From Chrysemys picta bellii (lineage: Eukaryota): a stretch of DNA of 64,000 bases. The stretch's first letter is position 1; each line of letters begins with the position of its first letter. Made by a program: the position numbers and the translations under genes. A model generated the notes under the pieces. That model was not told the origin of the DNA. It did no database searches and saw only the letters and a program-made list of their open reading frames with translations. The stretch covers positions 17,360,001 through 17,424,000 of the forward strand of contig NC_088809.1 in the NCBI RefSeq assembly GCF_011386835.1, written 5' to 3'. Below, piece after piece: positions 40,402-52,836 of this stretch.

Positions 40402-42369
40402 CCTGGACTCATGGTAGGACTAAATGTTATCTAGATCATTCCTGGCAGGAGTTTGTCTAATCTCCTCTTAAAAAATCTCCAATGATGGAGATTCCATAAC
40501 CTCCCTAGGCCCTTTATTCCAATGTTTAACTACCCTGAAATGCACGCATTCAGAACACACTCATGAAGAAGTCAGTGCCCAGAGGAATATGTGATGGGTA
40601 TAAAAAGCAGGGGTCAGCTTGATCCAAATTCATCTCTGATATAACCCCACTGAAGTCAGTGGAATAACATCAGGAATAATTTTGATGCATTAATAAATTA
40701 TTTTCCACATTGAAAATTGGACTTCTGAGTCTGCAGTATTTCTTCACCTTCCAGTCAAGCTCCGTAGAATATAGCTGGCTACCGCCAGGAGAAATGTACT
40801 GACATTAAAATGAAAACAGCAAAAAGGCCACGATTAAAACAGATCATAAAAGCCACAATTCAACTGTTTGGCAAAGCACTTATGCACATGCTTAACTTTG
40901 CTGGGATGTAAGTATGTATTTAAAGTTAAGCATGTGCTCAAGTGCCTTGCCAAATAGGGATTGACATAAATTTGTGCTTAAATGGTTTACGGAGTCGGAA
41001 CTAAAAGACAGCTATTAAAGGTCTAATCCTTGATGATTTTTCTTTTTTAAAGTACAGCTGGAAAACTACCATATAAGAGTCTTACTGAAGTCCTATTGAA
41101 TGGTAAAACTCCTCCCATCTTCAATAGGGGCAGGATTTCACCCCCTAAGTGCTGGGGAATCTGACACTTAAGAGGTGCCTAGGCCTTTTGCTAGCTCTCT
41201 GTGCAGAGGGTAAATTGCACCCTGGCCAAATAAACTGAAATAAATAAGACCTGGTAACGCTGGAGATAAGTTAATTAAAAAATATTATCCCGTTCTTTTT
41301 TTGTAAAATAACAAAATACAAAATAAACATCTTTAATTTTTTTCCTTTTTTTTTTTGAGTGGAAATATAAAGAATGATGATTACATAGGAAAAAAGCTTC
41401 ATATGGAACAAAATTATTCTAAATGTGGAGGTGGCAATATAGCATTTAATTCTAATTTAGAGATTTTTTTTTTTGGGGAACACATGATTGACAGAAAGTG
41501 AGGAGTGCATTATGTTGTTTCTCATCAGATTGTCATTCCTGCTATCCATTTACCTGTCAGCGGTTCACAGGAAAGCTTGTCTTTGAATGCCATTAACCCA
41601 GTTTCATAGAAAACTACTATACAGTTCTTTTAACTTAGAGTCTGTACAGATTCTTTACTGTATTCTGTTCTGTAGTAGAAAACAGACCAATTCTGTCCTG
41701 ACTTTCACTGGTCTAAGTCCACAGTGACTCCAGTGAGTCTGATTTAACTTTTCACTTTACATCAGCGATTTCAGTAGAGGCACAATTTACCCAAATGCGA
41801 GAAGAGAATTTGGACAATCAACTTCTTTGGAGTTACTTCAGACTTACACCAGTTTAACTGAGAGCAGAATCTAGTCCCCAAAACTGGAACTGAGTGGTAG
41901 TGGTTGCCTTAAAATGAAACATGGTTAATTTTTTTCCAGTTGAAACTTGCAATTTAAGCAATCTCTGTCCAGCACAAGCTGAGAAGAGCTATTTGCAAAG
42001 ATAACCATTGTAAAAGTAGCCATTTAAAAAAGTCTCTAATAGCTGAATACCAAGGCATTTTCCATCAGCCAGAAACATTTAATATTTTTTTAACCAGGGA
42101 AGTGCTCACTCAGATAGTATGGTAAACTCTAAAATACCCTAAAATAAAGATAGACAGATAAGCCAATCTTGCTTCTAACTTAACTCTTGTGGGAATGGGC
42201 ACAACAAAAATTTTTCAATTGTTAAAACAGCCCCAACCCAGCTGGCCTCTAGGAACTACCACAATAAAAATGTTAAATTAAAAAAAAACTTTGCCCTTTA
42301 GATGGCCCGATCCTAAGCAATACCACTTGTGCTTAGATGGGTAACTATAAACTCACAATAAACTTAACT

Positions 42370-43256
42370 CACAGAGCAACTCCAGATGGTGGATTGGCAC
42401 TTCTGGGCCTAAGAAACAAGTACTGAGTGGTGGGATCACAGTGTAATGTATGTTTGGGAAACTCCATCTGAGTTTCAAACAGCTGTTGGCTCACCACATA
42501 GTTTGTGTCCCCCTTGGTGCTCTCCTCTTCCACCCATCTTCTCAGTGTGCACTGGAAGCGTTTCCAAGGCTGGCTCTTGCTAAGTATCCACACTCAAATT
42601 TGGGATGCTGGGGAGGCCCCCACCAAGTATGGCCCCAGATTTGTTGTTGTTATCCCACATCTTTTGATATTCCTGCCAGAGTTTCTTGGCTTTGAGTCTC
42701 ATCCTATTGTACCTCAGGTTTAGCATCCCCAGCGCAATCTGCATGTAAATGTCTGTATTCCTTTGTATACCTCTTCTCCCCACACAGCGAGGAGATCCAT
42801 TTTGTCTGCCCTACAACAGGCAGGAGCGTGTCTAGTAGCTCTCTGTGTGGATGCTTGCAAAGATGGGCTAGTAGGTGTGCTTGCCAAGGTGGGCAACCAG
42901 GATAAAGCATTTCAGAAACATGCTATGGTTTGTAATGGGGGAGGGGGTTTCCAGTATCTGTGATCAGTGGAGTTCAAACTTTTGATTAGAGCAACCGCTG
43001 TCACCGAGATGGGACATTGTGTGACAACTGCTGGAGGACTGTTAGGGTTGACACAGGTAATTCAGCGTCTACACTTGCACTATGTCCACAGAAGCAGGTC
43101 AACTTTGGCTCTGCATTGTTTGGGGTGGTGGTATTATTGCGTCAATGAAGCGGGGTGTGTATGTCAGCAGGAGACAAATTTAGGCGTAGATGCGTGCAAA
43201 ACTATGCTGAAACAAGTTGATGTCGGTTGATGTAACTTTGTAGTGTAGATCAGGCC
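42370..43256 (-). mobile_element. PIF/Harbinger remnant with Myb/SANT-like accessory gene fragment
   Basis: Terminal TAGTGTAGATCAGGCC followed by TTA. Minus-strand peptide RNTDIYMQIALGM...RLKAKKLWQEYQK...AILGG resembles Harbinger trihelix/Myb-like proteins (recognised from memory). Confidence 0.65.
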
Positions 43257-43956
43257 TTAAATTAAACTGGAACCATGACCTGAATTATTTAAAAGGAAGC
43301 ATGGGAGAAGGGAGTGAAAAACCATCATCAGAGTGACACTTACCTGCAAAGGTCCCATTACACCGACCATGAAAGCGTGGCCGAAAACCGTGAAGCACAA
43401 TCCACACGTTTGAGGTAAAACATAGTGTGTCCTATATGGATGGAGTTCAACTCTTGTTAAATTCATGCATTACTATGGCATTGCTCAGCTGACTTCAGTA
43501 GAGCCATGCCAATGTACCCCCACTGAGAATCTGGCTCACTGACTAGAAGTAACCTGGACTTGAACAAAAGTTTGACATAGTTTGGCTTCTGTTATAATTC
43601 ACTCTCCCCCAACCTATTGTTTTTGGCCAGCATGGACAAAGCCAACATTTCCTTTATGCTGTGGTCATCAGAGATGCAAGAGGCCACACTATACAACCGT
43701 TTCCTGTGTGCTGAGACCAACAGTAACAGAACAGGATGATTTCACTTTACCAGTATTGGGCATTTTTTATGTGAGTGACTGCAGAGGTCTCCCTTGAATT
43801 GCTGCTGATTTTACCTCAAGACAAAGGGCCAGACATACCCCATTAAAGCCAGGGGAGTCTAAATCAGGAATCCGAGTAGCAGCCGTGTTAGTCTGTATCC
43901 GCAAAAAGAAGAACAGGAGTACTTGTGGCACCTTAGAGACTAACAAATTTATTAGA

Positions 43957-43996
43957 GCATAAGCTTTTGTGGACTACAGCCCACTTCTTCGGATGC
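43957..43996 (-). ncRNA. Hammerhead-like motif, probably inactivated
   Basis: Reverse complement of the motif with GAAA changed to AAAA (CpG decay). Confidence 0.45.
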
Positions 43997-44213
43997 ATAT
44001 AGAATGGAACATATATTGAGGAGATATATATACACACATACAGAGAGCATAAACAGGTGGGAGTTGTCTTACCAACTCTGAGAGGCCAATTAATTAAGAG
44101 AAAAAAAAACTTTTGAAGTGATAATCAAGATAGCCAAGTACAGACAGTTTGATAAGAAGTGTGAGCATACTTACAAGGGGAGATAGAATCAATGTTTGTA
44201 ATGGCTCAGCCAC

Positions 44214-44570
44214 ATCAGCCATACCATCAGGGGCTCGTTCACCTGCACATCTACCAATGTGATATATGCCATCATGTGCCAGCAATGCCCCTCTGCCATG
44301 TACATTGGCCAAACCGGACAGTCTCTACGCAAAAGAATTAATGGACACAAATCTGACATCAGGAATCAAAATACTCAAAAACCAGTGGGAGAACACTTTA
44401 ACCTGTCTGGTCATTCAGTGACAGACCTGCGGGTGGCTATATTACAACAGAAAAACTTCAAAAACAGACTCCAACGAGAGACTGCTGAGCTAGAATTGAT
44501 ATGCAAACTAGACACAATCAACTCCGGTTTGAATAAGGACTGGGAATGGCTGAGCCATTACAAACATTGA
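44214..44570 (+). CDS. GIY-YIG endonuclease domain (5'-truncated PLE ORF)
   Basis: Open frame ...NVIYAIMCQQCPSAMYIGQTGQSLRKRINGH...RETAELELICKLDTINSGLN; VIY-x-YIG, conserved R, E and GLN motifs. Fragment only. Confidence 0.9.
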   Translation: MSHTIRGSFTCTSTNVIYAIMCQQCPSAMYIGQTGQSLRKRINGHKSDIRNQNTQKPVGEHFNLSGHSVTDLRVAILQQKNFKNRLQRETAELELICKLDTINSGLNKDWEWLSHYKH

Positions 44571-44761
44571 TTCTATCTCCCCTTGTAAGTATGCTCACAC
44601 TTCTTTTCAAACTGTCTGTACTGGGCTATCTTGATTATCACTTCAAAAGTTTTTTTTCTCTTAATTAATTGGCCTCTCAGAGTTGGTAAGACAACTCCCA
44701 CCTGTTTATGCTCTCTGTATGTGTGTATATATATCTCCTCAATATATGTTCCATTCTATAT

Positions 44762-44801
44762 GCATCCGAAGAAGTGGGCTGTAGTCCACGAAAGCTTATG
44801 C
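44762..44801 (+). ncRNA. Minimal hammerhead-like motif (CCGAAGA core variant)
   Basis: GCAT-CCGAAGA-A-GTGGGC-TGTA-GTCCAC-GAAA-GCTT-ATGC. Confidence 0.55.
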
Positions 44802-46321
44802 TCTAATAAATTTGTTAGTCTCTAAGGTGCCACAAGTACTCCCGTTCTTCTTTTTAAATCAGGAATGAAGCTGGCCCTAATGGTGATGATAGGTTCAGGG
44901 ATTTGAAGTTTTCCTGGTGATCAACGAATCTCTCTTAAATGTGGTTGCTTTCTCTTCTCTTTTGGGTACTAAGCATGTACCTGTGTTATAGCATCACTGG
45001 GAGTGAGTTTTGCCATTGATTTCAAATGGGAACAGGCTGAGGCCTCTAGCATATAAACCATCCTCCAACCACAGACCCAAAATACTTGCTCTCTTTTTAG
45101 AAGTATTTTTCCATTGATTTTCCAACCTAGAAAGGAAGGTTGTATTGGGTATGATCATTTATCCTGAAACCTGAAGTCCATTGCCTCCTGTATGATATTC
45201 CTCTTAACTGCTTGTGTGATTCCTCTTCTGCCCTTTCATGGTTTTAGCCTCTCCTTCACATTAGCAACAGTCTAGAAGACTGCGGAATTAACAAGACCTG
45301 ACAGAATTAAGCTCCTTTCCGCTAGCCTCTCTTCTCAAGGTTCAGCTTCTTGTCTGTTGAGAGGATCTGCCCTTCCTCGGGTTCATATTTCACTATTGCC
45401 AGAAGCACCAGTTCAAAGTACAGTGGAATTCTGCCAGTTATGTAATCCTACTAGAAGTGGTTAACTTGCCTATGCAATGGCAAGGAAACGTTGACGCTGC
45501 CAGTGGACGTATAGTGTTGACTTGTTGGCACTTGAGAGAGAATGACTTGGAAGGAGATAGAAACGTAAAGGGGTTATCCCAGTGGGGGACTTGACAGATC
45601 TTATGGCATTATGACTGTATCAAGAGAGATGATAATTGCCCTTTCATTGAAGTTATGTTAAAAGGTCTCTTTAGTGTGAATGAGAGAGGAGGAAGTGGTT
45701 TGCAGCTGTGTTAAATGAATTACAGCCTAACTGTCTTGTGATAACAATAAATGCTTTGTTTTTCCTTCTTCACTGGGACTTTTATAGCACATCAGACATG
45801 ATTAATGTTGAAGGCAATATCAATAATATGCTGGTGACTTTTGACCTGTCTGCTAAACCTTGTGTAACACACTGTATAGTGTGTTACATGTCCCACCTCA
45901 GTGGCTGATCCTCCGATGATAGGTGTTTGTTACTGCTCCCATCTACTAAACCTAACTCAAGTAGCAGAGGATTGTGCTGAAGAGCCTAAATTCAGACCAT
46001 GTTGTTGATACATTGTGACACCTAACCATTTAACAATGACTACTGAAAATAGTGCTGAACCCCATTTATCCTTGACTGTGCTTGCAGTTGCACACATAAG
46101 TAACAGCTAATTTTTGTAATGAAGATATGGCTTTGGATGGGGTAAAAAGTGCTTGGGATCATGTGGATGGTCAGAAGAGAAGGACAAAAAAAACCTTTGG
46201 TTTGACATTTTATCCAAAGAAAGGCACTATCGTAATAAAGTGGCCCCTTAGTACTGCAGTGTTGGCATTGGGCTTAAGCCCAAGTTCCACTGCAGGGCTG
46301 AGACTTGCAACATCCTGATCC

Positions 46322-46505
46322 AAGCGAATGAGAGGGCTAACTAATGGTCTAGCCACCAAGTCGCTGTGTGACTGTAGACAAGTCACTTGCTCTCACCATG
46401 CGTCAGTTTCCCTCCTCTCTAAAAAGGGACTGATAAAGATGTTTGCGCCTTTTGTAAAGTGATTTCAGAACTTTGGAGAAAAGGAGTCAAGTATTATTAT
46501 TGTCT
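46322..46505 (+). mobile_element. MIR/CORE-like SINE
   Basis: GCTGTGTGACTGTAGACAAGTCACTT...CAGTTTCCC...TTTGTAAAGTG...TATTATTATT tail. Confidence 0.65.
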
Positions 46506-47775
46506 GTTAATGTAACCAGCCTGACACTGGCAAATTGGAAGATCACTCCCTAATGAGAAATTTCCATTCTTTTTCTGGATCAAGTCAGAAACTTAAAGGA
46601 CTGGTCACTTTCAAAGGCCAGATTTTCAGAAGAACTCAGCAAATTGGATGCATGTTGGGTGCTGAGCTTTTCTGAAAATCTGGTCCAAAGATGTCTGCCT
46701 TAATATTAACCTGCTATGACCGTTGCCCCAGTATCATCTGAATCTAACTTTAATTATTTCACAATGTTTTCTTTTTTTTAAATGCATTTTTGCTACAACG
46801 CTAAACTAAACTGGAGAAATTAACCACCCCACCTACTTATTGTACACTGCACAGTGAACCATGTCATACAGACTAATTATCCCCATCAGACCCCATGTAC
46901 CCTTCTTCGTTTACTGTGTGATGCACAGCATGTCTGAGCTTAATTTTTAAATGTTAGTGCCTAGAAGTTTAACTCCCGTGTTTTATGTGGCCTCTAAGTG
47001 CTTTGGCCTCGATCCTACAACTGCATAGATCCCCACTGACTTTAAGTGTGGTGCTCTGAGGGGATGAGGGTCTGCCTGGGCAGATTTGTTTGCAGGATGA
47101 AGGCCTCTGTTTTCTGAGTCTGAAATGGTTTGGAGATAATAGAGTTGACCTTCAGGACCATCTGCTGGTGTGGTTCTTAAACCAAATATTGGATGACATC
47201 TGATGTGTCTCTGAAGTTGACTTTTGGACCTAATAAATACAGCCATTTATGTAAATGTCCACGTCTTCTGTCGTATAGATTTCAAGGAGTGTGCTGCCTA
47301 TCTCAACCTAATGAGATCAGCAGCAATTATCCCAGGGTCTGTGAAATGGGAGCCTGTTCCCAGCCCCAGAGCACTGGCACATTAGCATATAAAATGGACA
47401 AGTGATTTAGATAATGAAATGATCTGGGCTTGCACATAGACTGAATGAGAGTATCCGATCCAATGTGCTTATTCATCAGATGACTCACATCTCATTCATT
47501 TTTAGAAATAATACTTCCATTTCTTGACACTCCCAGAATCTTATATGCAGAGATGAGCTTTTAAAAAATCTTGTATAAAAGAACAAAATTAAAATGGGCT
47601 AAGAAAGAGGGAATGTGGGAGAGATGAGAACAGTTAAATCAAGACCTGCAGATAAGAACGTGATAAGATGTTATATAGAATGGGAGATGAAATAACTTAT
47701 CCTGGCAATTACAGCGTCTGTCCAAAGAAATTAGCCTGAACTTTATAACCATTAGGAGACACTAATAAATCTTGG

Positions 47776-48003
47776 TTTCAGAGTAGCAGCCGTGTTAGTC
47801 TGTATCCGCAAAAAGAAGAACAGGAGTACTTGTGGCACCTTAGAGACTAACAAATTTATTAGAGCATAAGCTTTCGTGGACTACAGCCCACTTCTTCGGA
47901 TGCATGCATGCATGCATCCGAAGAAGTGGGCTGTAGTCCACGAAAGCTTATGCTCTAATAAATTTGTTAGTCTCTAAGGTGCCACAAGTACTCCTGTTCT
48001 TCT
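47776..48003 (-). mobile_element. PLE-derived perfect palindrome with two divergent hammerhead-like motifs
   Basis: ~95 bp perfect arms with no loop, centred on (ATGC)n at 47900-47917; motifs at 47864-47903 (-) and 47914-47953 (+); 13 bp TSD TAATAAATCTTGG / TAATGAATCTTGG. Confidence 0.92.
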
Positions 48004-48024
48004 TAATGAATCTTGGGTGCTGTT

Positions 48025-48275
48025 GCTTCCTAAAGAGGCATTGTGGATAAGACATTTGACTGGGACTCAGGATATGAATACCTGAGTTCTCTTCTAAAGA
48101 CTGTGACACCTTGGGGAAGTCACTTCCCCTCTCTCTGCTTCTGTTTCCCTTCCCATCATTATCTATTTAGACTATTAGTTCTTTGGCGCAGGGACAGTCT
48201 CTCACTATGTATTTGTACAGCAGCTAGCACAATTTTGGTTGAGGCCACTAGGTGCTACTGTAATACTACTCCTGC
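48025..48275 (+). mobile_element. tRNA-derived SINE with L2-like tail
   Basis: GACTGGGACTCAGG...GTGACACCTTGGGGAAGTCACTT...TTTGTACAGCAGCTAGCACAA. Confidence 0.65.
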
Positions 48276-51249
48276 TAATAGTAATGGAGTGCAGAGGCCA
48301 GGGATTGCTCTGCAGGTGTAGTTCCGCTGACTTTTATGGTTTCTAAAATCATGTTTTTCTGTTTTAAAAATGTTTTTTCTTTACCCTGCTGTTCTGTGAA
48401 AGATCCACAGGAACAAGGGAAGTGACTAAGGCCCAGGTTTTTAAAGGTGTTAGGTGTGTTGATGCTCAGCATTGTAATGCCTTATGTAGGAGCCTAAGTC
48501 TCATTTTCAAAAGGGATTTAATCACTTAAGACCCTAAATGCCACTGGTTTTTAGTGCCTAAATCCCTTTAGAAAACTGCAGTTAGGAGCCTCAATCTGCA
48601 ACGCTGAGCACAGCAACATCTAAATACCTTTGAAAATCTGGCCTTAAGGCCATGATCCTGAGGAGATGAACACACATGCTTAACTTTAAACATGTGAGTA
48701 GATTAACTGACTAGACGGGAAACAATAAAAAATGATTATACAAAAACAGCTGCCAACTATGTTTGTATAGAAAAGAAGCTGGGAAAAATAGAGCAAAGAA
48801 ATATATTCGAGGGGATGCAGATGTGTTTTCCACTCAGGTGTGTGTGTGCCCAGAGTTCCAGAGCCAGAAAAACTTTCCACAGCAGTGCCAAGAGGGGAGG
48901 GGCGCACACATGCCCAATACCTCCTATGGCCCTTCTCAAGGCTGTATAAGGGCAGCGCTACCCTGTACCCACTCAGTTTCTTCTTACCGCTCATAGCCTG
49001 AATCTGAACTCTCCATGTGGTTTTCCTTATGGTCTCTTCCGTGCCACAGTTAGCTCTTAGCTCTGATAATCCTGTAAATAGTTGGGTTTTATTTACTGTG
49101 TTCGTTTTCTCTTTTCTACTTTTGTTGGGTTAGTGTGGTTAGTGGCAGTGTTGAGCAGTGGGGGCATTCAGCACTCTCCGGCCTTTATGTGGGGTGTCCA
49201 TTCCTAATAGTGACCCCACACTTGTTTGTTTATTGTGTCTCAAAGAGATGTGTAGCATCTGCTGCTCCTTCAAGAAGCACATTCTGATCTCCAGATATCT
49301 GTGTCTCAAACAGCACCTCCTGGAACAGGCAATGAGGCCTGCCTCGGTACCGACACCAGCCCCCGGATTGCTCTGCCCACATGCAGTCATCCACCATGGT
49401 GCAGGCTTCAGACAGACTCTTGGGCTTCATCTACCCTCCAGGAATGAGGAGAGGTTGGTCTTCCTCTCCTGGAGTTCCTTGCAAAAGGACCCATAAGACT
49501 GATAGAAGCCATTCAAGCTGTAAAAGAGCTCATCTTCCACCTCAAAGAGGGGATCGGAGCAGTGCCAAGATTCACCAGGTACCTGGGTAGAGTTGGGCTG
49601 TCAGCCCGTATCTTCCCGATACCGAGACAAGAGACTCTCAGCTCTATTCCATTGACTCTGGATCTGTTTGTGCGGCAGATGTCAAGTCTGGTACTGGATA
49701 GTGTTCCCGCTCTGCACGTGGTGCCTCCAACCTCACAGGCACATGAGGTGGCAAAGCACCTGCTTGGTCTGTCTATCCCTGGTTCACAACTGATACAGGA
49801 GCCTGCGGGACTCCTGTTGGCTCTGACTCTCCATGGGCTCTCTACCTTGTCAGTACCAGGGCAGGGACTATTGCCAGCACCATCATTGATGCCAGTTAAG
49901 AGAAAATCTAAAACTGCCCTGTCTGTGTCTTCAGCACCAGTACCGACTGTGCCCTCATCTGGGGCTCCAGTACTGAGGCTTTAGTCTGTCTGGGTGTTGA
50001 CACTGGGCTATGCATTGCCACCTGGTAAGCCTGTTCTTGTACCAGGCTTAGAGGCGAGATCTTCAATGTCCCAGGAGGTGTTTGCGATACTGACCATGCT
50101 GCCATTTCCAGTTCTGCCTTTGTCTTTGTCCTGAAGTGAGTTGGACAGATTGGGCCACCCAGTAGATCCACTGGGTTTGGTACCTTCTATGCCAACTGAT
50201 ATTTCAGAGGGCCCTCTAGCTCCTCCCCACCCAGGCCATGGTGCACGAAGTTTAGTAAATCATCCAGGCCGCCTCAAGAAGAAGACCCTTCGTGCCAGAT
50301 TGTACCAGTCACATAGTAAGGAGAGGCTGGTGTGGCCTGAGACAGTTTTGCCTCCAGTGTCTTCTTTGCGGAACCTGTGGGGCCCCCACTAGATCCTCCA
50401 GATCTTGATCTCCACTTGGCTGCAGGAGGATGTCTCTGGAGCCATCCATTTTTAGAGTCTTGTGTGCCTGATGAGTGAGCAGGCATTTTCCTGCTGACCA
50501 CCCACCCCAGAAGGATGAGCCATTGTTGATGGAACAAGCTTTGCTCCAGGTAGCTACATTGGCTCTCGTAAATTTATCCTTTGCCTCCCCAGAAGACTCA
50601 CTGGTCTCAGGCTCATCGTCACCAGTCCCTGAAGATTTTAAGTCTTATCAGGATTTGCTAGAGAAATGGCCTCTCTGCTTGGTATAGAAGCTGAGTTCTT
50701 GCAGGGGAATACCCACAAGCTGTTAGATATTCTGCAAAGGGGCAACCCCAGGAAGGGTAGTCCTCCTGATTAATGAGGCCCTTTTGGAGCCACCGAAAGC
50801 CCTATGGAGTACACCTGGGTCATTGTCTCCCACAGCTAGACAAATACTACCATGTGCCTGCCCAGGGATTCAAGTGTTTTGACTCTTATCCAGCTCCAAA
50901 TTTCCTGGAAGTCATGGGTGCCAATGAGAGGCCAAGGCAAGGGAGGTTCAGATCATCCCCCAAGGAAAGAGCCTCAGAGATTTATTCTACTTCATCTTTA
51001 CAAATGCCAGCTAATCAACAGGCACTGTTAGCCAAGTATGATTTTCTTAACTGGGAGGCTCTGTCAAAGTTTGTAGATAAACTCTCTGAGGATTCCAGGA
51101 AAGAGTTCTAAGCCTTCATGATGGAAGACCGTCTAGTTGGAAAACATTTCTTCAGTCTGCATTGGACGCTGCAGATAGTTCCTCCAAGATTATGCCTCTG
51201 CAATCGTAATGAGAAGATTCTCAGGGTTATATAATTCTGGTATAGTGTC

Positions 51250-51835
51250 TGTGATGGGGTGTTTACCCCACACTTGCCCTGAAAGGGTTAATGCAGACTG
51301 AGAAGAGGGCTAATTAACCCAACAACTGGGCTGGGATTTATAAAGACAGGAAATTAGAAGCTGAGGAGGCTGCTGGGAAAGTCTGCAGTCACTCCCTGAG
51401 AGAGGGGAGATACATTTGGGCTGGCAAACCCAGATGAGGGCTCAGGGAAAGGCAGTAAGGTCTAAGAGGGAACAGACCTTGACTCGGGGATAGAAGATCC
51501 CTGAGCCAGAACCTGGAGTAGAGAGCAGGCTCAGATTCCCCTGCCAGCCACTGAGGGAGTTGCACTACGAGGTAGTAAATAGGAAGACTGCCTGAGCCTG
51601 TCTGTGGGAAGAGACTTTCCAACCCCGGAAGGGGAAATCATTTGGTTACCTGGCTGGTGGGATGAGTCATGAAGAGGCAGCAGTGGCCTGAAGAGCGAGA
51701 AAGAGTCTAAAGACCCAGAGGGAGAGTCGGGGAGATGGCGTGCAACCGTGTGAAGCGGCGTTGACCTCATGAGCTATACCCCTGAGTGACCAGGAGGAGG
51801 CATCATCCTAGCGGTGAGTAGTGGACCCACTCACA
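51250..51835 (+). mobile_element. Solo LTR (586 bp) inserted in DIRS gag
   Basis: TGTGA...TCACA termini; DIRS coding sequence resumes after it; only a degenerate 4 bp TSD (TGTC / CGCC). Confidence 0.75.
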
Positions 51836-52836
51836 CGCCTAACATACAACAGACTATAGCGGTCCTTCCCTTTGGTGGTGGTTTTCTATTTTCAGATAAG
51901 ACTGATGAAACATGGCATTTGTTCAAAAAATTTGCAGTGACCCTTCACTTCTTAAAGCTTTATGGCCCTATATCCAAGTAGAGATAACATAAGACTCTTC
52001 ATTCCCAGCATTGCTATAGACAGCCTTTCTACCCACCCAGTCAAGTGGAATTACTGAAAAGAAGGCACAGACCTCAGAACTCTAGCTCTCGCTCCAAGCA
52101 GCAGGCCCATTTTCAGGTCTCTGTGGGGAAATCTGCTTTTTGACTATTCCTGTGATGACAGCAAACCAGTGATTCACAATCCATTCACTGTCATCTCTCC
52201 ATTTGGGAAAAGACTCTCTCACTTTGTGGATGCATGGGAGTCCATAATCATGGACAAGTGGGCCCTAAGTACCCAGAAACTGGGATATCCAATCCAGTTT
52301 CTCTCCATCTCCCCTTCCCACTCTCCGTCCCCATCCCTTTTCAGGTACCCATTGCTAAGTATCTGCTTGCTCAAGAGCTTCAGGTGCAGCTTGCTTTAAA
52401 AGCTGAAGGACCTGTGGAAGAAGTCTCCCTTCAGTTTCAAAGAAAGGGATGTTATTCAAGATATTTTCTAATCCTCAAGTCCAAGTGCGGTCTAAGGCTC
52501 ATTTTGGACCTTTTCAGTCTCAACATATTCATCAAGTATATTAGCTTCTGCATAGTCTCCCTGCCATCTAACCTTCCCTTTCTGGATCACAGCAGTTGAT
52601 TTGCTGCCCTCAATCTTTGCGACGCTTACTTCCAAATCACAGTGCTACCAAGTCACAGGAAGTTTCTCAGATTCATGGCAGTGGGCAGGCAATATCAGTA
52701 CACTGTTCCTCCCTTTTGGCCTAGCATCAGACCCACATGTCTTCACAAAATGTATGGCAGTAGAGGTGGCATTCTTCAGGCAGAAAAATAGACACATCAT
52801 CCCTCACCTAGATGACCGTCTGAAGTGGCTCACGAC

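Larger units (their letters stand above)
37306..40403 (-). mobile_element. Young 5'-truncated CR1 LINE (~3.1 kb)
   Basis: (ATTCTATG)n-type 3' terminus (CATAGAATCATAGAAT on +), intact ORF2, and the C-terminal part of ORF1. Confidence 0.97.
37279..40537 (-). mobile_element. Old CR1 3' fragment (37279-37305 and 40404-40537) split by a young CR1
   Basis: CATAGAACTGGAAGGGACATCAAGAGATCAT continues as TGGACTCATGGTAGGACTAAATGTTATCTAGA...ACCTCCCTAGGC...ACTACCCTGA on the far side of the young element. Confidence 0.7.
43872..44854 (+). mobile_element. Penelope-like retroelement: inverted terminal repeat + GIY-YIG 3' fragment + direct terminal repeat
   Basis: 43872-44212 is the reverse complement of 44547-44854 plus a short tail; exact 12 bp TSD TAAATCAGGAAT (43860-43871, 44855-44866). 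Confidence 0.95.

Noticed and set aside
43344-43431. LIPH/LIPI-like motif (VWIVLHGFRP)
   Set aside because: Following residues do not match lipases and no other lipase exons are visible.
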